DNA of 64,000 bases from Candidatus Nanoarchaeia archaeon. Its GTDB lineage: Archaea > Nanobdellota > Nanobdellia > Pacearchaeales > GW2011-AR1. Every line of letters starts with the position of its first letter. The first letter of the stretch is position 1. This document shows positions 17,847 to 27,008 of the stretch, in pieces. The stretch covers positions 7,146-71,145 of the forward strand of contig JBAQGX010000004.1 of NCBI GenBank assembly GCA_049288015.1, read 5' to 3'. Both the position numbers and the translations under genes were made by a program. The notes under the pieces are model-generated. The model was not told the origin of the DNA. It did no database searches and saw only the letters and a list, made by a program, of their open reading frames with translations.

Positions 17847-18764
17847 ATGAGGTGGGCGAGAGCGGTTTTGGGATTTTTATCTATCTTTCTTGTTTTAGGC
17901 CTGCTGTCATTATACTGGTTTGATCCATTCAGCTCTGATCAATTCCTTTCGACTACTCCAATCAATTCAAATTTTAGCATTAACTCCTCATCGCAAATGC
18001 AATTTTATCCTAATCTAAGATATCCTTCTCCAAATATATCTTATAATGTTGATTCAAGCCTTTGCAGCCTGCAAAGGCAAGATGATATGAGAAGAGCATT
18101 AAGTATAATTGAAAATGCAACTAACTTAACTTTTTATCAAACAAATATTAATCCTGAAATCTCTATTACTTGTGATAATAAGATTATTGTAAATAAGAGT
18201 TATTTTATCGCTGGAGAAGGGGGCCCTGTAAATATAACTCAAGATGGGCCTTTTAACGTCATAAATGAGGGTCAGGTCCTTCTTTTAAGGGATTCTAACT
18301 GCCCTATGCCAAACATTGCCACTCATGAGCTTTTGCACGCTTTAGGGTTCGCACACTCGTCAAATCCAGGCAATATCATGTATCCAATTACAAGTTGCGA
18401 TCAAACACTCGGTCAAGATATTCCAAATTTGATTAATAATCTTTATTCCATTCCTACTTATCCAGACTTGCAGTTCGAAAATGTCTCAGCATTTGTTCAT
18501 GGTAGATATTTAGATACTAATTTGACTATAGTCAACTACGGGCTCGAGAGTTCACAGTTGTCAGAAGTTATAATATCCGCAGATGGAAACGAGATAAGCA
18601 AAAGCGCAGTTGATCCAATAGACATCGGCAGCGGCATTAACTTTGATTTTAAAAATATATTCGTGCCAAACATTGATACCAATGAGATAGAATATACTAT
18701 CCATTCAAATTTTACAGAGCTGAACAACAGCAACAAACAAGTAAAATTAACAATAAATAACTAA
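17847..18764 (+). CDS. Matrixin-like (M10 metzincin) zinc metalloprotease, secreted
   Basis: HELLHALGFAHSSNPGNIMYP matches the metzincin/matrixin signature HExxHxxGxxHS....MYP (zinc ligands plus Met-turn). N-terminal signal anchor. Confidence 0.8.
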   Translation: MRWARAVLGFLSIFLVLGLLSLYWFDPFSSDQFLSTTPINSNFSINSSSQMQFYPNLRYPSPNISYNVDSSLCSLQRQDDMRRALSIIENATNLTFYQTNINPEISITCDNKIIVNKSYFIAGEGGPVNITQDGPFNVINEGQVLLLRDSNCPMPNIATHELLHALGFAHSSNPGNIMYPITSCDQTLGQDIPNLINNLYSIPTYPDLQFENVSAFVHGRYLDTNLTIVNYGLESSQLSEVIISADGNEISKSAVDPIDIGSGINFDFKNIFVPNIDTNEIEYTIHSNFTELNNSNKQVKLTINN

Positions 18765-18765
18765 G

Positions 18766-18855
18766 TTATTCGTCTAGGTCAAGATCATCAACAAAGCTGT
18801 CAACAGTGTCCGAATCCTCGTCCTCTCCGTCTTTATCAAAATCTTTTTTCTTCAT
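18766..18855 (-). CDS. Possible 29-aa acidic micro-protein
   Basis: MKKKDFDKDGEDEDSDTVDSFVDDLDLDE. GAGG-like spacer and a TTTTATAA box upstream on the minus strand. Below the ORF-track size cutoff. Confidence 0.25.
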   Translation of the reverse strand: MKKKDFDKDGEDEDSDTVDSFVDDLDLDE

Positions 18856-18990
18856 TTTACCTCTTTTGAATTCTGCTACTAAATTATAAAAAAAGATTTT
18901 ATTTTTAAATATTTCTATTCACTATTACCGATGATTAATGACAGAAATTTATGATAGATTTTACTTTTGTTATTCAATAATGAAACACAA

Positions 18991-19251
18991 TTATTTCTCA
19001 GATTTCTTTTTTTCGGATCCATTTTCAAACTTGTAGTCTTCTATCGCGCGATTTATGGATTCAACGTCATCATATTCTCTTAGCAGATGATTTATTATTT
19101 TTCTTTTCAGTTTTTCTTCAACAGGCTTGCTCAAATGCAGAAATTTTTCTCCAGTTTTTGCATCTTTTTTTTCTGTGACCTCAATATTCTTGTTTGCAAG
19201 ATATTCAATCCAATTTGCATGCTTTAAAACTTCCATGTCTTCCTCTTTCAT
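18991..19251 (-). CDS. Hypothetical protein
   Basis: ORF only, charged and helical. Confidence 0.4.
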   Translation of the reverse strand: MKEEDMEVLKHANWIEYLANKNIEVTEKKDAKTGEKFLHLSKPVEEKLKRKIINHLLREYDDVESINRAIEDYKFENGSEKKKSEK

Positions 19252-19291
19252 ATTGTAATTAGTATATCTGTATTTTTAAAAATATCCCCGC

Positions 19292-20002
19292 TTACTTCAT
19301 TGAATAAAGATTAATTTCTTTTGTATTTTTTTTAAAAATTATCTTTATTATATCTCTAATATTTTTTCTGTAAATTATAAGAGGGATTATTGTAATCAAT
19401 ATCAGTATAGATAAAAGTAGAGTAAGATAAACTAAATTACCAATCTGAAGCAAGTACAATACTAAAATAAGCCCAATTACATTCACCAAGTTTCCGATTA
19501 TGCTTATAATAATTAATTTTGCGGTTTCATTCTCTCCAAATCCTCCGATAATACATCCGAAAGGCGAAGGGAAGAAATAAACAAAATTGAAAAGCACTAC
19601 TAGAGCAGTGTGATGATTCTTGAATATTTTTTTTAATTTCTTGGCATTATCATCATTCAAATTGATGTATTCCTCAAATGATTTACGCCCGACTTTTCTT
19701 GATATAATAAAGATCAGTGGAATTCCTAAAATTATCCCTATTGAAGTAAGAATTATCAAAGTGGGTGTGGTAAACAGAAAAAATCCGGAAATTACTGCCA
19801 CGGATGTAAAAAGCCCGGTCATAGTTGTGAATAAAATAATCAAAGTATACAATGGCTGAGCAAAATCTTCATAGTTATAAAGCAACTTAGTAATAACTTC
19901 CTGATTAAAACCAAAAAGGGATTCAAAAATTATGATTCCAACATAAAGAATCAGGAAAGCAACAAACAATCTATTCCTTAGCTTCTTAAAATCAATATGC
20001 AT
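19292..20002 (-). CDS. Multi-pass membrane protein, DedA/TVP38 (VTT-domain)-like
   Basis: ILGIPLIFIISRKVGRKSFEEY and FFPSPFGCIIGGFG... resemble the VTT-domain core. About 5-6 hydrophobic helices. Confidence 0.55.
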   Translation of the reverse strand: MHIDFKKLRNRLFVAFLILYVGIIIFESLFGFNQEVITKLLYNYEDFAQPLYTLIILFTTMTGLFTSVAVISGFFLFTTPTLIILTSIGIILGIPLIFIISRKVGRKSFEEYINLNDDNAKKLKKIFKNHHTALVVLFNFVYFFPSPFGCIIGGFGENETAKLIIISIIGNLVNVIGLILVLYLLQIGNLVYLTLLLSILILITIIPLIIYRKNIRDIIKIIFKKNTKEINLYSMK

Positions 20003-20122
20003 ACCAATAAATAACTTTAATATTTTTAAGACAATTGGATTTTAAATCTGCCTAAATAATCATTGTTTCCTCTTTGTGTAAATTAAGAAATATTATCATT
20101 TAAACATTCTTATTTTCTTAAA

Positions 20123-21046
20123 TTATTGAAAAACTTTGTCTCTCAAATCAATATTTTGCCCATTAAGATTATACAATGTTATAGGAGATACTTTGTATTC
20201 GTCAACATCAATTTCCATAAAAGTTCCATTGTTCTCGTTATTATATTTTCCAAGAAGCCCAGGATTTGCAACAATGGTTCCTGTTTTTGGTTCTTTTGAT
20301 ACAAAAGGAACGTGATTGTGCCCAGACAAAATCAAATCTGGCTCTATTCTATAAAGATAAGCAAGAAGTAATGGGTTTCCTTCATATTTATTGCTTCCTT
20401 CAAATCCAATTGGAGGAGTATGGGTCAATACAACGCTTGCATCTTCATGATTGGAAAGATGGCTAAATCCTTCTTTCATATTATATCTCATAACAGATTC
20501 TTGAGGTATGTCTAAAGGAATTTCTGCCGCTCCACCATAGCCTGCAAACTTGAAACCCTTAACTTCTTCTGGAAATCTAAGGTGAAGGTTATAAGGAGCA
20601 AGAACATCATCTATATAATTAGTATCCAAATCTCCAGGGACAATGAAAACTCTTTGTTCTAAAGTATCAAATCTCTTTTTAAATTCTACATAATTATCAG
20701 CAATCTTTTTCTTGCCTTTTTCTCCAATATTTAAGTATGTTATTGCTTTTTCTCTAATCTTGTTGTTTGATTGAATTTTTCCAGAAGTAATTAGCCCTGC
20801 AGCATCATAACAGTTAATTCTTCCCTGCCCGTTGGATCTTTGATTAAGTTGTAGAGACATATTTAACAGCATCTTATAAGCTTCATAAAATTGCTTCTTT
20901 TCTTGTTCATCAAAATGATTACCATTCAAATCTCCGCTTATTGCTAGAACATCAGCCTTGCTTTCCCTAACAATTTCAAGCGCTTTATCAAATGTTTCAA
21001 AATCTCCATGAATATCAGACATGCTTATTATCTTCATAATTTTCAC
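20123..21046 (-). CDS. Calcineurin-like metallophosphoesterase
   Basis: MSDIHGD, ISGDLNGN and GHNHVP metal-binding motifs in order. Confidence 0.8.
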   Translation of the reverse strand: MKIMKIISMSDIHGDFETFDKALEIVRESKADVLAISGDLNGNHFDEQEKKQFYEAYKMLLNMSLQLNQRSNGQGRINCYDAAGLITSGKIQSNNKIREKAITYLNIGEKGKKKIADNYVEFKKRFDTLEQRVFIVPGDLDTNYIDDVLAPYNLHLRFPEEVKGFKFAGYGGAAEIPLDIPQESVMRYNMKEGFSHLSNHEDASVVLTHTPPIGFEGSNKYEGNPLLLAYLYRIEPDLILSGHNHVPFVSKEPKTGTIVANPGLLGKYNNENNGTFMEIDVDEYKVSPITLYNLNGQNIDLRDKVFQ

Positions 21047-21103
21047 AGAAATCCCTATTTTATAAAGATTATGGATGTTATTACTTATAAGTTACTAATT
21101 AAT

Positions 21104-21115
21104 ATCCCCGCACCC
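21104..21115 (-). repeat. 12-nt copy of the tRNA-Tyr 3' end (att-like)
   Basis: atccccgcaccc at 21104-21115 is identical to 21780-21791 (last T-stem bases, 3' acceptor strand, discriminator and 1 more nt of tRNA-Tyr), in the same orientation. Confidence 0.4.
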
Positions 21116-21155
21116 TGATATTGATTACTCACGGAATTTGTAACTGAAAGAATGA

Positions 21156-21752
21156 TTAAACTAATCTTGCTTCAAAACCGAGCTCTTTAGCTTTCTGTCT
21201 TATTACTTCATTTGAAGTTTTTCCATATAATCTTGCTCCATATTCTAACATCTCTAAATTGTATGCAGAAATAACCTTATCTTCTAAAGCCTTTATTCCC
21301 ACATCACCAACTACTTTTTCTCCTAGAATATCATAAGCAAGACAATGTATATTCAGTCCTCCGCCTTCAAGAAAATTATTAATACAATGACTTAAATGGT
21401 TATTTTTGATATAGTAGAGATTGGCTAAAGGCATAAAGTCTATCTCTTTTTTTCCATTAACAAATTTTATACCATCAAAATGATTTGTTGTTATTTTCCA
21501 TCCTTCAGGCAATATTAAATTGCTTTTCGCTTCTTCAACAACAAGATCAAAATCTTTGGTTGACTTTTGAGAACTATACAATGAACTAGCAATATTTTTG
21601 TATAAAAAACCTCCAACAAGCCAAATTTTTCCAAAAGAATTATCCTTCACAATCTTTAATGCTTCCTGAAAATCTTCATCAAGTAGAATTGAACTATTGA
21701 TAATTTCAATTAATCTTTCACTTTGCTCCATAATCTTAAGAGAAAGGATCAT
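21156..21752 (-). CDS. Hypothetical protein, possibly nucleotidyltransferase-fold
   Basis: WLVGGFLYKNI...KDFDLVVEE loosely resembles the GG...D-x-D head of pol-beta-type nucleotidyltransferases. Weak. Confidence 0.4.
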   Translation of the reverse strand: MILSLKIMEQSERLIEIINSSILLDEDFQEALKIVKDNSFGKIWLVGGFLYKNIASSLYSSQKSTKDFDLVVEEAKSNLILPEGWKITTNHFDGIKFVNGKKEIDFMPLANLYYIKNNHLSHCINNFLEGGGLNIHCLAYDILGEKVVGDVGIKALEDKVISAYNLEMLEYGARLYGKTSNEVIRQKAKELGFEARLV

Positions 21753-21780
21753 TTATTAATCTTGTGAATTTATAAATCGA

Positions 21781-21919
21781 TCCCCGCACCCAGAATCGAA
21801 CTGGGGATCTCTCGGGTTCTGAAATCTTGACTTTTGGGGCTTCATCTTTATCTCAATAGAGAATATCCGCCTTAGTAAATAACTACAGCCAAGCGCTCTA
21901 ACCACTGAGCTATGCGGGG
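21781..21919 (-). tRNA. tRNA-Tyr(GUA) with a 66-nt intron at the canonical 37/38 position
   Basis: Hand-folded. Acceptor CCCCGCA/TGCGGGG (C1-G72, the archaeal Tyr identity pair), discriminator A. D arm GCTC-AGTGGTTA-GAGC. Anticodon stem CTTGG/CCGAG. Loop CU-GUA-G | intron (21817-21882) | C. T arm CCCAG-TTCGATT-CTGGG. Mature length 73 nt. Confidence 0.8.
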
Positions 21920-21994
21920 ATATTTGGAATAGCAATAGTATATTTTTAAAGATTCTTATGAATATCCAAATGCCTGTTTTATAGAGAATAAATC

Positions 21995-22002
21995 TTTATA
22001 AA
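21995..22002 (+). promoter_or_regulatory. TATA box (TTTATAAA) 21-28 nt upstream of the ATG at 22023
   Basis: Exact TTTATAAA octamer. The same octamer recurs at a similar distance before several other starts. Confidence 0.45.
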
Positions 22003-22022
22003 AATAAAAAATAACGAAGTTT

Positions 22023-22322
22023 ATGATAAAAGTTTTCTATGTAGAATATCCCCTAGGGGCTTATTCAAGCCAAGAAGCTTTTCTTATAGATAATGAAGGC
22101 CATAAATATGGGATAGCTAGCTCTTTTGAAGATAATTATTATCTTGTTATTCCTGCCAACGAAATTGAAGAGATTATGCATACAGAAAAGGTTACAAAGC
22201 CAATACTCACATTCACTTCACAATCAGGACCGATTAGCAATCTAATAAAAGCGATTGATAAACATTGTGAGTCTAAAATTTCATCTGATTTGGTAAAGGC
22301 AATTAAAGGAAAAAGTAAGTAA
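22023..22322 (+). CDS. Hypothetical protein
   Basis: ORF preceded by a TATA-like box. No motif. Confidence 0.4.
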   Translation: MIKVFYVEYPLGAYSSQEAFLIDNEGHKYGIASSFEDNYYLVIPANEIEEIMHTEKVTKPILTFTSQSGPISNLIKAIDKHCESKISSDLVKAIKGKSK

Positions 22323-22324
22323 CT

Positions 22325-23704
22325 TTAGTCTTCTCTTTTAGCACCTTGTTCTGTTACTAAGAAAGCCTGATTCGATTCAACTTCACGAACTTTTCCTTCT
22401 CTCTGATAAACGGCTCTTGACTTAGGAAGTGCAAATCTTCCCAATACTCCAACTTTAGAATAGATTATGTAACTAAGAGATCTCATTTCTCCTGGAAGCA
22501 ACTTGTCAAAGTGCCATTCAATCCTTCTGCTCTTCTCATCTACTCTTGAAGGTTTCTCTGCACCAAACTTTTCATAAAGTTTTACCATAAGAGGAAGTCT
22601 TTCTGTTACTGTAACTTTCTCAATGAACTTTCTAGCTCTTAATGTAACATTAACTCTTAATGCAAATTCTCCACCTTTAGCTCTCATGTAAGACACTCTT
22701 TTTTCTAAGCTCAAGGCAGTCTTAGAATACTGCTTTACGAGAATTACTATTGCAACCACAAATATTATTATGAATAATGGGAAAAGCCAATTTGTAGTTG
22801 TTGTTATAGTCAAAGTGTTACCTGGCTGTATCTGATTCTCCCAAACATAAGAAACAAGCAAACCTTGTCTGTTTACCATGTCTGGTTCTGGACTGAATGT
22901 TGTAAATAATCTGGAAATGATATTTTTCTGTACAACAGTTTGGGAATCTGCAACCATATTTCCACTGTTAACTTTTTCTATTACTTTTGAAGTTATCAAA
23001 AATCCATGTACATTTTGACTAACATTAAGTATATTTTTTTGAGAGAAGTTTATGTTTCCATTGACTGTTGCTGTCTGTCCACCAGTTACAACTTGAGCAG
23101 ATAATGTGTAAAATCCTGCAAGCAAACTTTTGAATTGGTCTTTATTTAATGCAATCTGGAAGTCTTTTTCTTCATAAGGAGCAAGAGAAAACTGCTCAGA
23201 GTCTGTAAAGAATGCGGAGTTGAACTTGGTATTAACATTATCAAAATTAAAATTTACATTGTTCTTTATGTATATCGTTATAGAATTTGATTGGGGATCA
23301 ATCTCGGATGCACCTACTGTAAATGCATCAGGCAAATTTATTGTCTTAAGATTAACTGATTCTGGAAGCTGATCTCCTGATTGTCCTTGTATAATATAGT
23401 TGAACACATAAAATCCATTGTAATTAAAATCAGGTCTTGGATAAATTGAAAGTGGAATACTTATTGTCTGACCTGCACCTATAGGAGTAGTACCATCAGG
23501 AAACATGCTGAATCCAAGCAAGTTATAAAACTGAAGATTATCTGAAGGCCCATAGTTTGTAATCTGTGTATTAAATATGGCAGGTTCAGTAAGGTTATTT
23601 ATTAGAACAACATTTGTGCTGTTTGTAGATACATCAAGATTTAATGCAAATATAGCTGGAAGAATAAAAAGAGTCAAACAAACCAATAAAATCACCTTTC
23701 TCAT
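22325..23704 (-). CDS. Secreted/membrane protein: large extracellular beta-rich part, one TM helix, ~130-aa C-terminal domain
   Basis: Signal peptide MRKVILLVCLTLFILPAIFA. TM helix WLFPLFIIIFVVAIVILV. The region after the TM (…ERLPLMVKLY…LLPGEMRSLSYIIY) resembles DUF11/CARDB-type beta-sandwich repeats. Confidence 0.55.
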   Translation of the reverse strand: MRKVILLVCLTLFILPAIFALNLDVSTNSTNVVLINNLTEPAIFNTQITNYGPSDNLQFYNLLGFSMFPDGTTPIGAGQTISIPLSIYPRPDFNYNGFYVFNYIIQGQSGDQLPESVNLKTINLPDAFTVGASEIDPQSNSITIYIKNNVNFNFDNVNTKFNSAFFTDSEQFSLAPYEEKDFQIALNKDQFKSLLAGFYTLSAQVVTGGQTATVNGNINFSQKNILNVSQNVHGFLITSKVIEKVNSGNMVADSQTVVQKNIISRLFTTFSPEPDMVNRQGLLVSYVWENQIQPGNTLTITTTTNWLFPLFIIIFVVAIVILVKQYSKTALSLEKRVSYMRAKGGEFALRVNVTLRARKFIEKVTVTERLPLMVKLYEKFGAEKPSRVDEKSRRIEWHFDKLLPGEMRSLSYIIYSKVGVLGRFALPKSRAVYQREGKVREVESNQAFLVTEQGAKRED

Positions 23705-23750
23705 GTCAAAACTACAAAATATTTATATTTAAGTATTTCGGTACAAGAAT

Positions 23751-24269
23751 TTATCCTTTTCTTCCCTCTAAATCGAGATAAGATTTTGCTTGACCTAAGA
23801 ATTCGTCGCATTCGCTTGCAATTTTTCCCTTAAGTTCTTTCACTGTCGACGGAATTACATACTTTTCATAAGTGCTTCTCAAAAACTTTCGAAAACCAGT
23901 CATATCAAATTTTCCCTGATAATCTTTTACAATTATTCCTTTAACTTTTATTTCCGCACTACCTTTATTGCTATCAATCTCAATGCCATCTTTTTTTATT
24001 TTGATCTGAGATAAATTCTTAATTGAAAATGAAATTTTCACCGTTGATTTAAAATAATCAGAAAGCTTTTTTTCTCCAGTCCATTCAATATCAATATTTT
24101 TTACATCTTCAGATAATTTTTCTGAATACTTTCCCTCAGAAATTTCTAGCCCTGTTTCTTCCGTGAGCCAGTCATAACAGAACTTATAAAAATCTTTGAA
24201 TGAAAAAATTCCATTATAACTTACCTTACTTGAAAAGACTGTTTCTTCTTCGACCATCTCTTTACACAA
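23751..24269 (-). CDS. Hypothetical protein
   Basis: ORF with coding-like composition. No motif. Confidence 0.45.
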   Translation of the reverse strand: MCKEMVEEETVFSSKVSYNGIFSFKDFYKFCYDWLTEETGLEISEGKYSEKLSEDVKNIDIEWTGEKKLSDYFKSTVKISFSIKNLSQIKIKKDGIEIDSNKGSAEIKVKGIIVKDYQGKFDMTGFRKFLRSTYEKYVIPSTVKELKGKIASECDEFLGQAKSYLDLEGRKG

Positions 24270-24311
24270 TGCAAAGAGATTATTTAAATATTATCTCCTA
24301 GAAATTCACAA

Positions 24312-24875
24312 TCAAATTGAGGACAGACATGAAGCGCATACAAGCATTCCATTTGCCCTGTAGAGAGCATCCCTACTTCCGCATTCTTCACAAATTCCAT
24401 CCTTTAGTACTTCCCTTTCTTCTGCCTCTCCCAACCTTTTCAATTTCTCCGTTTCTTCTTTTATGGATTCAACTTGCTTAAACTGTGCATTTAGCTCCGG
24501 ATAAAAATTTAGTATATCTCTAGTTGTTATTAATCCAATAACTTCTCCCTTTTTTACCACTGGAAGTCTATGAAACTTAAATTTCCTTATTTTTTCTACT
24601 GCTTCTTCAAGACTAGCTTCAGGTTTTATTGTAATTATCTTTCTTGGAGAAATATCTGATGCTTTGATCTTTGACAAGTCTTCTTTAGACTTTTTTATAA
24701 CCGCCCATAAAATATCTTCGTTAGAGATAAATCCCTTCAAAGATTTATCTTTTATAAGGAGAAGGCTTCCTATTTTTTTACTAACCATTTTTTTAGCACA
24801 TTCAAGCAAGGTAGTATCTGGATCTACGCTAGTAATTTGTCTAGTCATTATGTCAGAAACCAAAATAGTATTCAT
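24312..24875 (-). CDS. CBS-domain pair protein with C-terminal zinc ribbon
   Basis: Two CBS-like repeats (VSDIMTRQITSV... and ISPRKIITIKP...HRLPVV...GLITTRDIL). C-terminal CEECGS...CASC. Confidence 0.75.
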   Translation of the reverse strand: MNTILVSDIMTRQITSVDPDTTLLECAKKMVSKKIGSLLLIKDKSLKGFISNEDILWAVIKKSKEDLSKIKASDISPRKIITIKPEASLEEAVEKIRKFKFHRLPVVKKGEVIGLITTRDILNFYPELNAQFKQVESIKEETEKLKRLGEAEEREVLKDGICEECGSRDALYRANGMLVCASCLSSI

Positions 24876-25004
24876 ATTTGCCCTTTTGCATACACCATCC
24901 TATCATATGCCTGAAACTTAAATAGTTTATGATAATCCCCTTTTTTTATCTTAAATATTTTTCACCACAATAATTCTTAAATACGAAGTATAAAGGACTA
25001 TTAT

Positions 25005-25412
25005 ATGGCAAATCTAGAAGTTCCCAGATTTATACTTCCTGACAATAAACAATATTTATGGAAATTTATTCAATTTGATGTAGAAGGAGAACCATTTTTT
25101 AGATACAAAGAGACTGCTCCGAATAATCCTTCTGAACATAGAAATATCCTACTTGACGCATTAAGCGAACTTGGAGTTAAGGCAGATTTTACTGGGACAG
25201 GCATCAGTCGTACAATCTTAAAAAAAGGGCAAGATTATGAAATTGCAGGGGCTGGATTTATGAATTATTCTAACAGATCACAAAAAAAATATTTTTTGTA
25301 TGATGAGAGTTCTTACTTTTGGTTAAAACCCAATCAAGATCACTTGGATAGATTGACTCCTTATATCCCTCCTGAAATTAAAATTGTAATAGAAAATCCT
25401 TTTGAAAGATGA
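25005..25412 (+). CDS. Hypothetical protein translationally coupled to the thermosome gene
   Basis: ORF whose stop overlaps the thermosome start (ATGA at 25409-25412). Confidence 0.5.
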   Translation: MANLEVPRFILPDNKQYLWKFIQFDVEGEPFFRYKETAPNNPSEHRNILLDALSELGVKADFTGTGISRTILKKGQDYEIAGAGFMNYSNRSQKKYFLYDESSYFWLKPNQDHLDRLTPYIPPEIKIVIENPFER

Positions 25413-27007
25413 CAGACAAACCAATTATGTTAATGCCTGAAGATATCCAAAGACTTATTGGAAAAGATGCGCAGAGAAATAATATTCAAGCTGCAAGAAT
25501 GGTTGCAGAGGTTGTAAAAACAACTCTTGGGCCTAAAGGTATGGATAAAATGATTGTTTCTCCAACAGACGAAATTATTATTACAAATGATGGAGTTACA
25601 ATTCTTGAAGAAATGCAGATAGAGCATCCTGCTGCAAAGATGATGGTAGAAATTGCAAGAACTCAAGAAGATGAAATAGGAGACGGAACAACAACAGCAG
25701 TCATGATTGCTGGAAAACTTCTTGAAAACGCAGAAAAACTTCTTGATCAAAAGATACATCCTACTGTTATAACTAAAGGATATAGAATTGCTGCAGAAAG
25801 ATGCCAAAGAATATTAAATGAAATATCTATAAAAATAACACCTCAAGATGAAAACATCTTAAGACAAATTGCAATGACTGCAATGACAGGCAAGGGAGCT
25901 GAAGACTCAAGAGAAAGATTTGCAGACATTCTTGTAAAAGCGGTAAAACAAATCCAAGACAATGGAAAAGTTGATATAAAAGACATTAAGATTGAGAAGA
26001 TAAAGGGAGATGGTATAAAGGATAGTGAGTTAATATCTGGAATTGTATTTGAAAAGGAAAAGATTTCACATGACATGCCTTCTTTTGTAAAAAATGCAAA
26101 AATTGCTCTTGTTGGATTCCCCCTTGAACTTAAAAATCCTGAAATTGACACAAAAGTCTCAATTTCTTCACCAGAACAACTTAGGAGTTTTATTGAACAA
26201 GAGGAAGAATCGATAAAGGCAATGATTGGCAAAATAAAGTCTTCTGGCGCAAATGTTGTTTTCTGCCAAAAAGGAATTGATGATTTTGCGGAATATTTAC
26301 TTTCAAAAGAAGGTATATTTGCATGCAGAAGAGTTGCAAAAGATGATATGGAAAAAATCTCCAAGGCAACAAAAGCCAAGATTGTAAACAATTTAAATGA
26401 ACTAAGTTCCAGAGAGTTGGGAAATGCAGATATTGTTGAGGAAAAGAAACATGGAAATTCTGTTTTAACTTATGTAAAGGGTTGCCAAAATCCAAAGTCA
26501 ATGACAATACTGATTCATGGTGGAAGCGAACATGTTATTGATGAAATCGAAAGAGCAATGAAAGATGGGCTAGGAGATATTATTTGCTGTTTGAACTCTG
26601 GTAAAATTGTTCCTGGAGGAGGTGCTGTTGAAATTGAACTTGCAAGAAGATTAAGACAATTTGGGCAGACGCTTAGTGGGAGAGAGCAGTTAGCAGTAGA
26701 TGAATTTGCATCAGCCCTGGAATTTATTCCGATAACACTTGCAGAAAATGCAGGACTTGATCCAATTGATATTCTCACAGAATTAAAATTCATCCATGAT
26801 TCCGGTCAGAAAAATATTGGATTAAACCTATTTTCAAATAGAATTGAAGATACTTTTAAAGCAAGAATAGTTGAACCTTCAAAAATAAAAAGCCAGGCAA
26901 TAAACTCTGCTAGTGAAGTAGCAATCATGATTCTAAGAATAGATGATGTTATTGCAGGGTCAAGAGACAAGAAAAAGAACACTCAGCTTAATATGAATGA
27001 TTATTAG
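25409..27007 (+). CDS. ths: Thermosome subunit (group II chaperonin)
   Basis: [31 protein letters not shown] and overall CCT/thermosome layout. Confidence 0.95.
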   Translation: MTDKPIMLMPEDIQRLIGKDAQRNNIQAARMVAEVVKTTLGPKGMDKMIVSPTDEIIITNDGVTILEEMQIEHPAAKMMVEIARTQEDEIGDGTTTAVMIAGKLLENAEKLLDQKIHPTVITKGYRIAAERCQRILNEISIKITPQDENILRQIAMTAMTGKGAEDSRERFADILVKAVKQIQDNGKVDIKDIKIEKIKGDGIKDSELISGIVFEKEKISHDMPSFVKNAKIALVGFPLELKNPEIDTKVSISSPEQLRSFIEQEEESIKAMIGKIKSSGANVVFCQKGIDDFAEYLLSKEGIFACRRVAKDDMEKISKATKAKIVNNLNELSSRELGNADIVEEKKHGNSVLTYVKGCQNPKSMTILIHGGSEHVIDEIERAMKDGLGDIICCLNSGKIVPGGGAVEIELARRLRQFGQTLSGREQLAVDEFASALEFIPITLAENAGLDPIDILTELKFIHDSGQKNIGLNLFSNRIEDTFKARIVEPSKIKSQAINSASEVAIMILRIDDVIAGSRDKKKNTQLNMNDY

Positions 27008-27008
27008 T

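Noticed and set aside
25430-26793. Four minus-strand ORFs (25430-25807, 25843-26391, 26190-26507, 26515-26793) of 92-182 aa
   Set aside because: All are antisense to the well-supported thermosome gene. Their products are low-complexity Ser/Phe/Ile/Cys-rich, as expected for shadow ORFs in an AT-rich genome.
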